A stretch of 64,000 nucleotides of DNA. Source: an uncultured Actinomycetes bacterium (GTDB lineage Bacteria > Actinomycetota > Thermoleophilia > UBA2241). A program made the position numbers and the translations under genes. The first letter of the stretch is position 1. Each line of letters starts with the position of its first letter. The stretch covers positions 19,956 through 83,955 of the forward strand of contig CAVWIH010000036.1 of the NCBI GenBank assembly GCA_963755025.1. Direction: 5' to 3'. The notes beneath the pieces are model-generated. The model was not told where the DNA came from and made no database searches. It saw only the letters and a list, made by a program, of their open reading frames with translations. Below, one piece after another: positions 32,434-42,318 of this stretch.

Positions 32434-33530
32434 CGCGCCTCCTCTTCGATCAGTACCAGATGGTCGCGATGCACGACCTCCTCGTCTAACTGCGGCACGA
32501 CCCGGCGCGCCTCGGCGCTGCGCAGCCCGGCCACGCGGCGCAGGTCGCGCGCCCCGATCGCCGCCAGGCCGCGGGCGATCTCGCCGCGCCCGGCGCGCAC
32601 CACCGAGACCGCGTCGCCTGCCGTGAAACTGCCGTGCACGCCGGTGACGCCCACCGGCAGCAGGCTGCCGCCGGCTTCGGCCAGGGCGCGCGCGGCGCCG
32701 GCGTCGACTTCGACCGTGCCGCGCACCGGTTTGGCGTAGCGCAGCCACAGCTTGAAGGCGGAGCCGCCTTCGCGGCGGCCCGGCACCGTGGTGCCGACCG
32801 GCACGCCGGCGGCGGCGTCGGCGATCACGCCGGGCCGCCCGCCGCGGGCGATGACCGTGCGCACGCCGGCGCCGGCCGCCATGAGGGCGGCCGCCGTCTT
32901 GCCGCTCATGCCGCCGGCGCCCCCGCCGGCGCTCCACGTGACGCCGTCGAGGTCGGCGCCCGAGGTGAGCTCGGCGATGGGGCGGGCGGCGGGGTCGCGC
33001 GACGGGTCTGAGGTGTAGAGGCCGTCGCGGTCGGTGAGCAGCAGCAGCAGGTCGGCGCGCAGCATGATGGCCACCTGGGCGGCCAGCACGTCGTTGTCGC
33101 CAAAACGGATCTCGTCGGTCGCGGTGGTGTCGTTTTCGTTGACGATCGGCACGATGCGCCAGGCCAGCAGGCGTCGCAGGGTGGCCCGCGCGTTGACAAA
33201 GCTGCGGCGCTGGGCGAAGTCGGTGCTGGTGAGCAGGACCTGCGCGGCCGTGCAGCCGTGCCGGGCGCAGAGCCGCGCGTACGCGGCGAACAGGCGGCCC
33301 TGGCCGACCGCCGAGGCGGCCTGCAGGTCGGCCATGCGCTCGGGGCGCTCGGTCAGGCCGAGGGCGCTCTGACCGCAGGCGATGGCCCCGCTCGAGACGA
33401 CGACCACGCGGTGGCCGGCTTCGGTCAGGGCGGCCACTTCGGCGATGAGCGCGGTCAGCACGGTGCGCCGCAGGCGCCCGCGGCCGTCGGCCACGGTGCT
33501 CGAGCCGAGCTTCACTACGATGGTCCTCAT
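32430..33530 (-). CDS. proB: Glutamate 5-kinase with PUA domain
   Basis: VVKLGSS, VSSGA, AVGQ, NENDT, FGDND, GGM.GK, SLLPVGV; -10 TACAAT 7 nt before ATG at 33530. Confidence 0.95.
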   Translation of the reverse strand: MRTIVVKLGSSTVADGRGRLRRTVLTALIAEVAALTEAGHRVVVVSSGAIACGQSALGLTERPERMADLQAASAVGQGRLFAAYARLCARHGCTAAQVLLTSTDFAQRRSFVNARATLRRLLAWRIVPIVNENDTTATDEIRFGDNDVLAAQVAIMLRADLLLLLTDRDGLYTSDPSRDPAARPIAELTSGADLDGVTWSAGGGAGGMSGKTAAALMAAGAGVRTVIARGGRPGVIADAAAGVPVGTTVPGRREGGSAFKLWLRYAKPVRGTVEVDAGAARALAEAGGSLLPVGVTGVHGSFTAGDAVSVVRAGRGEIARGLAAIGARDLRRVAGLRSAEARRVVPQLDEEVVHRDHLVLIEEEAR

Positions 33531-33546
33531 GGTCGCCATTGTAGCG

Positions 33547-34840
33547 CTAGCTCAGTTCGAACTCTGCATCGCCGATCTTCACCGTGTCGCCGTCGATGCC
33601 GCCGGCCTTGCGCAGGGCCGCCGAGAGCCCCGCTCGCTCCATGACCTCCTGCAGGTAGCGCATCGCCTCGTCGTTGCCCAGGTCGGCCTTGGCGACGAGC
33701 CGCTCGATGACGCGGCCGGTCACCCGCCAGCCCTCGTCTTCGCGCTTCACCGTGAAATCGCCGACGCGGTCGTCGCCCGGCCGCAACACGACGGGCGGCG
33801 CGACGGGCTCGGCGGCTTGCGCCTCGAGCAGCGCCGCCGCGACCTGCGCCGAGAACAGGCGGTCGAGCTCGCGCACGAAGTCCTTGAGGCCGGTGGACGC
33901 GGCCGCCGAGACCCGCACCACGGGACCGGCGAAGTCGCGCGTGACGGGCGCGAGGGCGGCTTCGACGGCGGCGGCCTCGTCGTCGTCGAGCAGATCGACC
34001 TTGTTCAGGGCGAGCATGCTGGGGTGGGCGGCGAGCTGCTCGCTGAAGGCGTGCAGCTCGCCGTGCACCGTGGTCACCGCCGCGAGGGCGGCGTCGGCGC
34101 CCAGCGACGGCGTCGACCACGTAGACCAGCACGACGGTGCGCTCGACGTGCGCCAGAAAGCGGTCGCCCAGGCCGGTGCCCGAGCTCGCCCCCTCGATCA
34201 GGCCGGGGATGTCGGCGATCACCACGACGCGCTCGCCGAGCTCGAGCGTGCCGAGGTTGGGTTCGAGGGTCGTGAACGGGTAGGCGGCGACCTTGGGGCG
34301 CGCCCTGGTGAGGGCCGCGAGCATCGACGACTTGCCGGCGTTGGGCAGGCCCACGAGGCCGATGTCGGCGAGCAGCTTGAGCTGCAGGTCGAGCCAGCGT
34401 TCTTCGCCCGGCATACCCTTTTCGGCGAAGCGCGGCACGCGGCGCGTGGAAGAGACGAAACAGGTGTTGCCGCGGCCGCCTTCGTCGCCGTGGGCGACGA
34501 CCACGCGCTGGCCTTCGGCTACCAGGTCGGCGACCAGCACGCCCTCGCGGTCGCGGATCTCGGTGCCGACCGGCACCTCGACGATGGTGGGCTCGCCGGC
34601 CTTGCCGTGGCGCTTCTGGCCCGCGCCGTGACCGCCGCGCTGGCCCTTGAAGTGCACCTTGTGACGAAAGTACGAGAGGTCGCGGAACTGGCGCGTGGCG
34701 ACGATGACGACGTCGCCGCCGGGCCCGCCGTTACCGCCGTCGGGCCCGCCTTTGGGCACGTGCTTTTCGCGGCGAAAGCTGACCGAGCCAGCTCCGCCGC
34801 TGCCGCCGTGCACGTTGATGAAGGCGTGATCGCTCAGCAT
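33547..34840 (-). CDS. obgE: GTPase ObgE/CgtA (frameshift near 34100)
   Basis: [37 protein letters not shown]-terminal GDTVKIG..EFE. Confidence 0.95.
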
Positions 34841-34873
34841 GACGGTTCCGGCCGGAACGGCCGGACGCCCGCT

Positions 34874-35128
34874 CTACGCCTCGGGTACGATCGAGACGAT
34901 GCGGCCCTGGCCGCTGCGCAGGAACTCGATGCGCCCCGTAGTGCGAGCGAAGATCGTATGGTCGACGCCGATGCCGGCGCCGGTCCCTGGACGGAACCGC
35001 GTGCCGCGCTGGCGCACGATGATCGAGCCGGCCGGGACGACCTGGCCTGCATAGGCCTTGACGCCGAGTCGCTTGGACTCGGAGTCGCGGCCGTTGCGGC
35101 TGGTGCCGGCGCCCTTCTTATGAGCCAC
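34874..35128 (-). CDS. rpmA: 50S ribosomal protein L27 (no N-terminal pro-peptide)
   Basis: [31 protein letters not shown]. Confidence 0.97.
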   Translation of the reverse strand: MAHKKGAGTSRNGRDSESKRLGVKAYAGQVVPAGSIIVRQRGTRFRPGTGAGIGVDHTIFARTTGRIEFLRSGQGRIVSIVPEA

Positions 35129-35471
35129 TCTGCTTCTCCTTCTGGCCCGCGATGTCGATCGCGTCGATGTCGAGACGCGTGAGGCGGCTGCGGTGTCCGC
35201 GCGCCTTCTTGAACGTCGACTTGGGCTTGTAGGTGAACACGTCGATCTTTTCGCCGAGCAGATGCTCGACCACGATGGCCTTGACCTTGGCGTGCGCCGC
35301 TTTACCGGCACGCATCTCGCCGCTTTCGTCGCGCACGGCGAGCGGCACGAGGTCGATGTGCTCGCCCTCGTCGGCCGCCACGCGGTCGACGACGATCGAG
35401 TCGCCCTTGGCCACCTTGTACTGTTTGCCGCCGCAGCGCACGATGGCGTACGGCGTCGTGGAATCAGTCAT
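35118..35471 (-). CDS. rplU: 50S ribosomal protein L21
   Basis: [26 protein letters not shown]. Confidence 0.95.
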   Translation of the reverse strand: MTDSTTPYAIVRCGGKQYKVAKGDSIVVDRVAADEGEHIDLVPLAVRDESGEMRAGKAAHAKVKAIVVEHLLGEKIDVFTYKPKSTFKKARGHRSRLTRLDIDAIDIAGQKEKQSGS

Positions 35472-35499
35472 GCCTTCTCCCGTAAGATAACGGCCCCCG

Positions 35500-35528
35500 A
35501 TGCTAGACGATAGGCTCAGGGCTGTCAA
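35500..35528 (-). promoter_or_regulatory. Sigma70 promoter of rplU-rpmA (TTGACA-17-TAGCAT)
   Basis: -35 at 35528-35523, -10 at 35505-35500. Confidence 0.8.
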
Positions 35529-35537
35529 CGCGGCGCG

Positions 35538-38500
35538 CTACGACAGGATCACCCCCATGGCTCCTGCCCGCGTGAGCGACGTTATGCGGACCTTGCGTTT
35601 CTCGCCCAGCGCGCGGCGGCCGTTCAGCACGATCAGCTGAAAGCCGTCGACGTGGGCCACGGCGTCGCCCGGGCTGTACGTCAGGGCGTATTCGAGCTCG
35701 ACCGTGACCTCCTGGTCTTCGTGCACCGGGATGCGGTGCGACTCGACGGCCTCGCGCGATCCCTCGGCCACTATGCGGTAGGTGTCGATCGGCAGGAGCT
35801 TGGAGCCCTCGAGGTAGAAGCGCTTGTCGGTGCCCTTCTCGAGGCGCTTTATGCGGCCTCCGGCCACGAGGCGTTCGGCGACCGAGGTGTTGACCTCGAT
35901 CAGCAGCGCCTTCGCCTGCGTGACGGCGGCGTGCTCGCCCAGCTTGCGCTCGATGGTGATCGCCATGGTCTCGGCCGACAGCACCCGCGCCTTGCCCTCG
36001 CAGGTCGGGCAGGTCTGGGTGAGGATGCCGCGCGCGCCGTCGGTGATGTTCTGGCGCGTCATCTCGACCAGGCCGAGCGGCGAGATCTCGACGACGTAGG
36101 TCTTGGTGCGGTCGGTCTCGAGCTCCGCCTGGAGCTTGGCCAGCACCGCCTCGCGGTTGCGGGCGAACTCCATGTCGATGAAGTCGATGATGATGATGCC
36201 GCCGATGTCGCGCAGGCGCAGCTGGCGCACGACCTCGCGGGCGGCCTCGAGGTTGTTGCGCGTGATCGTGTCTTCGAGGCCCTTGCCGCCGGTGAAGCGC
36301 CCGGTGTTGACGTCGATCACGGTGAGCGCCTCGGTGTGGTCGATGACGAGGTTGCCGCCGCTCGGCAGCATCACGCGACGCTCGAGCGCCTTGGCGATCT
36401 GCTCCTCTATGCCCTTCGCCTTGAAGAGCGGCTCGTCGCCCTCGTAGAGCTCGATGCGGGTGGCGAGCTCGGGGGCGACCTTCTCGAGGTAGGCGACGAG
36501 CTCCTTGCGGCGCTTGGCGTCGTCGACCACGACCGCCGCGAACGACTCGTTGTAGAGGTCGCGTGCGACCTGCAGCGAGACGTCGGCTTCGGCGTAGACC
36601 AGGCCGGGGGCCTTGACCTTGTCGGCCTTGGTCTTGAGGCGCGTCCAGAGGCGCGACAGGAAGCGCAGGTCGATCTTCATCTCCTCGACGCTCTTGCCCT
36701 CGGCGACCGTGCGCACGATCAGGCCCGCGTTCTTGGCCTTGAGCGACTTGCAGAGCTCGCGCAGGCGGTCGCGCTCGTCGCTGGGCAGGCGTCGCGAGAC
36801 GCCCACGCCGGAGCCGCCGGGCACGTAGACCAGGTAGCGCCCGGCCAGCGAGAGCTGTCCGGTGAGCCGCGCGCCCTTGCTGCCCATCGGGTCCTTGGAG
36901 ACCTGCACGAGCAGCTCCTGGCCCGGCTTGATCATCTGCGTGATCTTGTGCGGGCGCTTCTCTGAGTCTTCGGGGTCGGCGATGTCGTCGACGTAGAGAA
37001 AGCCGTTGCGCTCGAGGCCGATGTCGACGAAGGCGGCATCCATGCCGGGCAGCACGTTGTCGACCTTGCCGCGGTAGATGTTGCCGGCGTACGAGCGTTT
37101 GCCGGGCCGTTCGATGTAGATCTCGGCCAGGCGGCCGTCTTCGACCAGCGCCACGCGCATCTCGCCGGCGTCTTCGCTGACGAGGATCTCCTTGTAGGCG
37201 GGCAGGTCGGCCGTGACGCCCGAGTCCTTAGCGGGCTTGCGCAGGCGGCCGCCGCGCCGGCGGCCGACTCCTTCGGCCGGCTCGGCGGCCTTGTCGGCGG
37301 CCGCGTCGGTGGGCTCCTGGACGACCTTCGTTTCGACCTCGGCGGTGACCGCCGCGGCCGGTGCGGCGCCGTCTGCCACGGCGGCGGCGCCGTCGGCGCC
37401 GTCGGTGGTCGTCGCGGCGGCGTCGCCGCCACGGCGACGACCGCGCCGCCGCGAGCGGCGCGCGGGGGCGGGCTCGTCGGTGGCCTCGGTCGCCTCGGTC
37501 GCTGGGGCGGCCTCGCCGCCGCCGTCCACGGCCGGCGCCGCGTCTTCGGGCGCCGCGTGCCGCGGCGCGGGCGCCACCGTCGCTGCAGGCTCGGCCGGCG
37601 TGGCCTCGGGCGCCGTGAACGACGCCGGCGCGCCGGCGTCGGGCGTGCCCTCGCCGGTGGTCTCGTCGGCCGCGGCCTCGCCGGTCTTGCGGCGATGGCG
37701 GCGTCCGCCGCGGTGGCCGCGGTGGCGGCGTTTGGGACCCTCTTCCCCACTCTCGTCCTGCGCGCCCTCGGTGAGCTCGCCCTGCTCGCCCGAATCGTCG
37801 GCCGGACGGCCGTCCCGCTCGGTCTGCGCCAGATCGGGAGCGATCTCGATGGTGGCCTGGTCGCCCTGGCCGAGCGCCGAGGCGGCGGCCGACTGCGTCG
37901 GCTCCGCGGTCGCGCCGGCCGTGAGCGGTGCGGGCTCGCCCGCGGGCGGCGTCTGGGCCGCGGCAGGCTCAGCGGGTGCGACCGTGGGCGGCGGCTCGAC
38001 TGCGGGCGGCGCCTCGACGGCAGTCGGCGCAGGCGTGGGCGGCGCCTCGACGGAGGCGCTCGTGTCGGCCGACTCTGCTTCGGCGGCCGCTGCGGCGGCG
38101 GCTCCGCCGCCGCGACCGCGGCGGCCGCGCCGGCGGCGACGCGTGGGGGTGACTTCTTCGTCGGCCGCGGCCGCTGCCATCGCCTCGTCGGAGACGACCG
38201 CTGCCGAGCGCTCGAGCAGCGCCTCGTCGGGCGCCGCGCTTTCGACGATGACGTCGCGCTCGTCGTCGACGGCCGGCTCGGTCACCGATGCGGCTGCCGG
38301 CGGCTCAGCAAACGGTGCGGCGGTCACGGGGGGTTCGGCGACCGGCTCGGCGGCCGCCGGCGGCGCGGGCACGGGTGCGACGGGCGCCGGGGGCTCGGCG
38401 ATCTCCCGGGCGACCGGCGGCGGCGTGACGATCGGGTCGGCGACTGCCGGCGGCGCAACGGGGGCGTCGGCGGCCGCAGTGGGGTCGGTCGCGGTCTCGG

Positions 38501-38894
38501 CGGTCGCCGGCGGTGCGATCGCGCGCCGGCCGCGGCGCGCGGGGCGGCGCGTGGCCCTGACGCGGCGCGCATGGAGCGCGGCCCAGGCTCCGGGTTCGGT
38601 GGCCCGCGCCGCTTGGGCGTCGGGCTCGGCCTGGTCGCCTGCCCCGGCCTGGTCGGCCGTGCGGCCCTGAGCAGGCGGCGTCTCGGCAGGCGCTGGCTGT
38701 TCCACCGCGGGGTGCGGTGCGGGCGGTGCAGGCGGCGTCTCGACCGGTGCGGCCGCTGCGGCCGCGTCTGTCGGCTCTGTCTGTGTGGCGGGCGTCGCCG
38801 GGGCGCCGCTCTGGGCGGCCGCCTCGTCGACGTCGTGGCCATGCTGCGCTGCCTCTTGCGAGGATGCGCGCGGCGCCTCTTCTTGGTCGGTCAC
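35538..38894 (-). CDS. Rne/Rng-family ribonuclease with ~560-aa disordered N-terminal arm and C-terminal TRAM-like domain
   Basis: GNIYRGKV..VLPGMDAAFVDIG, KGARLT, IDVNTG, DIGGIIIIDFIDM, CPTCEG. Confidence 0.93.
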   Translation of the reverse strand: MTDQEEAPRASSQEAAQHGHDVDEAAAQSGAPATPATQTEPTDAAAAAAPVETPPAPPAPHPAVEQPAPAETPPAQGRTADQAGAGDQAEPDAQAARATEPGAWAALHARRVRATRRPARRGRRAIAPPATAETATDPTAAADAPVAPPAVADPIVTPPPVAREIAEPPAPVAPVPAPPAAAEPVAEPPVTAAPFAEPPAAASVTEPAVDDERDVIVESAAPDEALLERSAAVVSDEAMAAAAADEEVTPTRRRRRGRRGRGGGAAAAAAAEAESADTSASVEAPPTPAPTAVEAPPAVEPPPTVAPAEPAAAQTPPAGEPAPLTAGATAEPTQSAAASALGQGDQATIEIAPDLAQTERDGRPADDSGEQGELTEGAQDESGEEGPKRRHRGHRGGRRHRRKTGEAAADETTGEGTPDAGAPASFTAPEATPAEPAATVAPAPRHAAPEDAAPAVDGGGEAAPATEATEATDEPAPARRSRRRGRRRGGDAAATTTDGADGAAAVADGAAPAAAVTAEVETKVVQEPTDAAADKAAEPAEGVGRRRGGRLRKPAKDSGVTADLPAYKEILVSEDAGEMRVALVEDGRLAEIYIERPGKRSYAGNIYRGKVDNVLPGMDAAFVDIGLERNGFLYVDDIADPEDSEKRPHKITQMIKPGQELLVQVSKDPMGSKGARLTGQLSLAGRYLVYVPGGSGVGVSRRLPSDERDRLRELCKSLKAKNAGLIVRTVAEGKSVEEMKIDLRFLSRLWTRLKTKADKVKAPGLVYAEADVSLQVARDLYNESFAAVVVDDAKRRKELVAYLEKVAPELATRIELYEGDEPLFKAKGIEEQIAKALERRVMLPSGGNLVIDHTEALTVIDVNTGRFTGGKGLEDTITRNNLEAAREVVRQLRLRDIGGIIIIDFIDMEFARNREAVLAKLQAELETDRTKTYVVEISPLGLVEMTRQNITDGARGILTQTCPTCEGKARVLSAETMAITIERKLGEHAAVTQAKALLIEVNTSVAERLVAGGRIKRLEKGTDKRFYLEGSKLLPIDTYRIVAEGSREAVESHRIPVHEDQEVTVELEYALTYSPGDAVAHVDGFQLIVLNGRRALGEKRKVRITSLTRAGAMGVILS

Positions 38895-39625
38895 TACGAG
38901 TCATCTCCTTTTGCCCGCGGGCCTGAAGGTCCGCCGGGCGCTATCTGATCCGCCGCGACAGAGGGCCGCGGCGGTAAACCTTTCCATGTCACACGCAGGC
39001 GCGTGAGGTCGAGCACGACCGGCTCGATCCCCAACCGAGCGGCCAGCGCGCCGACGACTTCGTCGACGCGCGCCGAGCCACTGGCTTTGGAGCGCAGCGT
39101 GAAGGCGAGCCTCGTGCCGGCGTCGCAGGGCGACGCCGAGAGCTCGCATACGTACTCTTTCAACTCGATCGCCTTGCGACCTTTGGGCGACGCGCGAACG
39201 ATCGTCACCTCGGGCTCGGCCTCGAAGGCGGCAAGCACTTCATCGACGGCGGCGCAGGGCGCCTTGAGCAGGCAGTCGTAGGCGGCCGTCTCGGGCTGCG
39301 GTCGCGGCCGCTCGTCGCCGGTCACCACCAGACGTTCGATCGTGAGGCCGTCGGCCGACGCCTCGCGCAGCGCCCGCAGGCGGGCGCCCAACCGGTCGGG
39401 CGTCGTGACCTCGGCGACCTCGACCACGGCGAGCTCGTCGAGCGCGGCCGCGCCGGTGGGCAGCGGCAGCGGCAGTGAGAGCCGCGGCTTGGGGCGCATG
39501 CCCCGCGTCAGGGCGAGCTCGATGTCGGCGCGGGCGAAGGTGCGCTGCACGACCCGCATGGTATCGAGATGCGAGATGTAGCGCGCCGGGCCGCCGCGCG
39601 AGAAGCTCATGAGCCACCAGCTCAT
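38894..39625 (-). CDS. Radical SAM-associated protein (TIGR03936/DUF2344-like)
   Basis: RYISHLD.MR..R.F.RA, G..PKPRLS..PLP.G; follows a TIGR03960-type gene. Confidence 0.85.
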   Translation of the reverse strand: MSWWLMSFSRGGPARYISHLDTMRVVQRTFARADIELALTRGMRPKPRLSLPLPLPTGAAALDELAVVEVAEVTTPDRLGARLRALREASADGLTIERLVVTGDERPRPQPETAAYDCLLKAPCAAVDEVLAAFEAEPEVTIVRASPKGRKAIELKEYVCELSASPCDAGTRLAFTLRSKASGSARVDEVVGALAARLGIEPVVLDLTRLRVTWKGLPPRPSVAADQIAPGGPSGPRAKGDDS

Positions 39626-41412
39626 CGCACCAGCTCCATCTCGACCTCGCCGCCGCAGACGCCGCACGAAGTGCAGCTGCCGTCGCGGCAGTCGTCGGTC
39701 GTCTCGGCGCGCAGCGCGCGAGCGGCCTCTTCGCGCAGGAAGGCATCGTTCACGAGGGGATCGACGGTCAGCCACGGCAGCTCGTCGGTGTCGCCCCAGG
39801 AGCGGCCCCCGAGCTCGATGCCCACGTCGTCGGCGGCCCGCCGCCAGATGGCGGCGTCGAACGACTCGCTCCAGCCGTCGAACCGCGCGCCGCCGCGCCA
39901 GGCGGCTTCGATCAGCGCGCCGACCTCGGCGCCGCCCATTGCCATGGTGGCCTCGACGAGCGAGGTGCCCACGTCGTGAAAGCGCACCCTGATCTGCCGC
40001 GGCAGGCTCGAGCGCAGCAGCTCCTGGCGATGGCGTATGACGGTCTCGCCGGCAAAGCCGGCGCGCTCGAAGGGGGTGTGCGCCTTGGGCACGAACGACG
40101 ACACGGCGATCGAGACGCGCGCCCGACCGGGCGCCGCGGAGCGGGCGTCGGACAGCGCCGACGAAGCCATGCCGGCGATGGCCGCCACGTCGTCGTCGGT
40201 CTCGCCCGGCAGGCCCACCATGAAGTACAGCTTGAGGCCGCTGTAGCCGGCCCCGAAGACGCCTCGCACGGCAGCCGAGAAGGCCGGCTGGTCGACGCGC
40301 TTGTTGATGGCGTCGCGCAGGTGCTGGGTGCCGGCCTCGGGCGCCAGGGTGACCGAGCCGCGCTGCTCGCCGCCGAGGCGCGCCAGCACCACCGCCGCCG
40401 AATCGACGCGCAGGCTGGGCAGCGAGACGCGCACGTGGGGAAAACGCTCGCGGATGCCGGCGACCGCCTCGCGCACCCCGCCGTAGTCGCACGACGAGAG
40501 GCTGATCAGCGAGACCTCGTCGCAGCCCGTCGACCGCAGGGCGCGCTCGGCGGCGTCGATGATCATGGCGGCCGGACGCTCGCGCACCGGGCGGTACCAC
40601 AGCCCCGCCTGGCAGAAGCGACAGCCCGACGAGCAGCCGCGCATGACCTCGATCACGGCGCGGTCGTGCACGCCCTCGATCAGCGGCACGAGCGGCGCGG
40701 TCACCGGCGGCGTGCTCGCGAAGCCCATGAAGACCTGACGGCTGACGCGCGGCCGCGCGCCGGCCGCGGGCCCACCGGCGGCGTGCGGCAGCCAGACGCC
40801 GGGCACGAGGCCGAGCTGCTCCAGGCGCCGGGCGCGCGTGGGCGCCTCGAGCGCCGCCGCGATGGCGCCCAGACGGCCTTCGGCTTCGCCCACGAAGAAG
40901 GCGTCGAAGAACGGTGTGAGCGGCAGCGGGTTGGCCGAGCCCGGGCCGCCGCCCAGCACGATCGGGTCGTCCTCGCCGCGCTCGACCGCATGCAGCGGCA
41001 CCGCAGCGAGGTCGAGCATCTCGAGGATGTTCGTGTAGGTCAGCTCGTGCTGCAGGGTGAAGCCCCAGAGGGCGGCGTCGCGTACGGGCTCGCCGCTCTC
41101 GAGGCTCCACAGCGGCACACCGCGGTCGCGCATCAGCGTGGCCATGTCGGGCCAGGGGCAGTAGGCGCGTTCGGCGGCAGCCGGAGTGGCGTCGTTCAGG
41201 ACGGCGTACAGGATCTGCAATCCGGAATTGGCGATCCCGATCTCGTAGACATCGGGGTACGACAGCACGATCCGCGGCGAGGCGCCGGGCTTGCGTCGGA
41301 CGTGGAACTCGCCACCGACGTAGCGTCCGGGCCGCGCGACTCGCGCGAGGAGATCGATCAGGTCGTGTCGGAGCCGGTCCTCACCGTGTGAGTCCTTTGG
41401 TGATGTTCTCAA
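39622..41412 (-). CDS. TIGR03960-type radical SAM protein (start uncertain)
   Basis: PGRYVGGE, YPDVYEIG, YTNILEMLDL, RGCSSGCRFCQAG, APEAG, KAHTPF, C-terminal DCR..C..CGVC. Confidence 0.9.
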   Translation of the reverse strand: MRTSPKDSHGEDRLRHDLIDLLARVARPGRYVGGEFHVRRKPGASPRIVLSYPDVYEIGIANSGLQILYAVLNDATPAAAERAYCPWPDMATLMRDRGVPLWSLESGEPVRDAALWGFTLQHELTYTNILEMLDLAAVPLHAVERGEDDPIVLGGGPGSANPLPLTPFFDAFFVGEAEGRLGAIAAALEAPTRARRLEQLGLVPGVWLPHAAGGPAAGARPRVSRQVFMGFASTPPVTAPLVPLIEGVHDRAVIEVMRGCSSGCRFCQAGLWYRPVRERPAAMIIDAAERALRSTGCDEVSLISLSSCDYGGVREAVAGIRERFPHVRVSLPSLRVDSAAVVLARLGGEQRGSVTLAPEAGTQHLRDAINKRVDQPAFSAAVRGVFGAGYSGLKLYFMVGLPGETDDDVAAIAGMASSALSDARSAAPGRARVSIAVSSFVPKAHTPFERAGFAGETVIRHRQELLRSSLPRQIRVRFHDVGTSLVEATMAMGGAEVGALIEAAWRGGARFDGWSESFDAAIWRRAADDVGIELGGRSWGDTDELPWLTVDPLVNDAFLREEAARALRAETTDDCRDGSCTSCGVCGGEVEMELVR

Positions 41413-42313
41413 ATCTTCCTAACTGGCTGGACAGCCGGGGGAACCGGCTGGCCGTAAGCGGTGCGCCGTTTTCGAAGTAGGCCACCGCAGATCTGCCTAT
41501 CGCTTCGGTGCCGACGTAGCCGAAGCTCGCTTTCATGGCCCAGCCGAGGCCCGGCACGTACTCGACGGCGCGCCGGGCGAGAGCCCTCATGCCGAGGCCC
41601 GAGGCGATCACGCCCAGCATCTCGACGGTGCGCTGCAGGTCGGACCGGTAGCCGTAGGCCGCGCCTATGCGCAGCACCATCTTGAGCTGGTTCATGGTCA
41701 TCACGGGCATGTCGGCGCCCGGCAGGATGATGACCGCGCCCACCAGGGCGTTCTGCCGCGCGGTCGCCTGGATCGTGTGCTCGATCACCGCGGCGCGCAG
41801 GGCCGGCAGCGCCGCCGCGAGGGCAAAGCCGCCCTGGCCGGCGACGGCGGCGATGCGCCGCGCGAGGGCCGACTTGGCGGCCGGTGTGCCGCGCGTGTGC
41901 AGCACGAACTCTTTGGAGGACAGGCCCGCCAGGGTCATCCAGGCGTGCCGGTCGATGGCGACCGCCTCGGTGTCGCGCACGGCCGCCACGATGGCCGGCA
42001 GGTGAGCGGCCCGGCAGTACGCCAGGGTGGGGCCGAGCTCGGGCCTGACGGGAGCCTGCGCGTCTTCCAGGAAGACGACCACGGACCAGCGCGACAGCGC
42101 TTCGGGCCGGGTCGGAAAGTCGGCGCGCTCGAGCACGTCGAGCGCGCGGCTGACGCCGCCGTCGAGGGCGTCGTCGGCGCCGGCCGACAGCATGCGGGCG
42201 GCGTCGCCCAGCAGGCCGGCGGGGCCGACCAGGCAGAGGCGCGCCGTCGCCGGGGTGTGCTTGCGCACGTCGGACACGGCCTTGAGGATGTTACGGACCT
42301 TATAGGTTGCCAT
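41381..42313 (-). CDS. Uncharacterised protein with C-terminal DUF697/EcsC-like hydrophobic domain
   Basis: PGADMPVMTMNQLKMVL.IG.AYG, G.GMRALAR, PGLGWA; tightly coupled to both neighbours. Confidence 0.65.
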   Translation of the reverse strand: MATYKVRNILKAVSDVRKHTPATARLCLVGPAGLLGDAARMLSAGADDALDGGVSRALDVLERADFPTRPEALSRWSVVVFLEDAQAPVRPELGPTLAYCRAAHLPAIVAAVRDTEAVAIDRHAWMTLAGLSSKEFVLHTRGTPAAKSALARRIAAVAGQGGFALAAALPALRAAVIEHTIQATARQNALVGAVIILPGADMPVMTMNQLKMVLRIGAAYGYRSDLQRTVEMLGVIASGLGMRALARRAVEYVPGLGWAMKASFGYVGTEAIGRSAVAYFENGAPLTASRFPRLSSQLGRFENITKGLTR

Positions 42314-42318
42314 GGGCT

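Noticed and set aside
35118-35135. Missing prp (ysxB) between rplU and rpmA as an anomaly
   Set aside because: L27 lacks the cleavable N-terminal extension, so the absence of Prp is expected.
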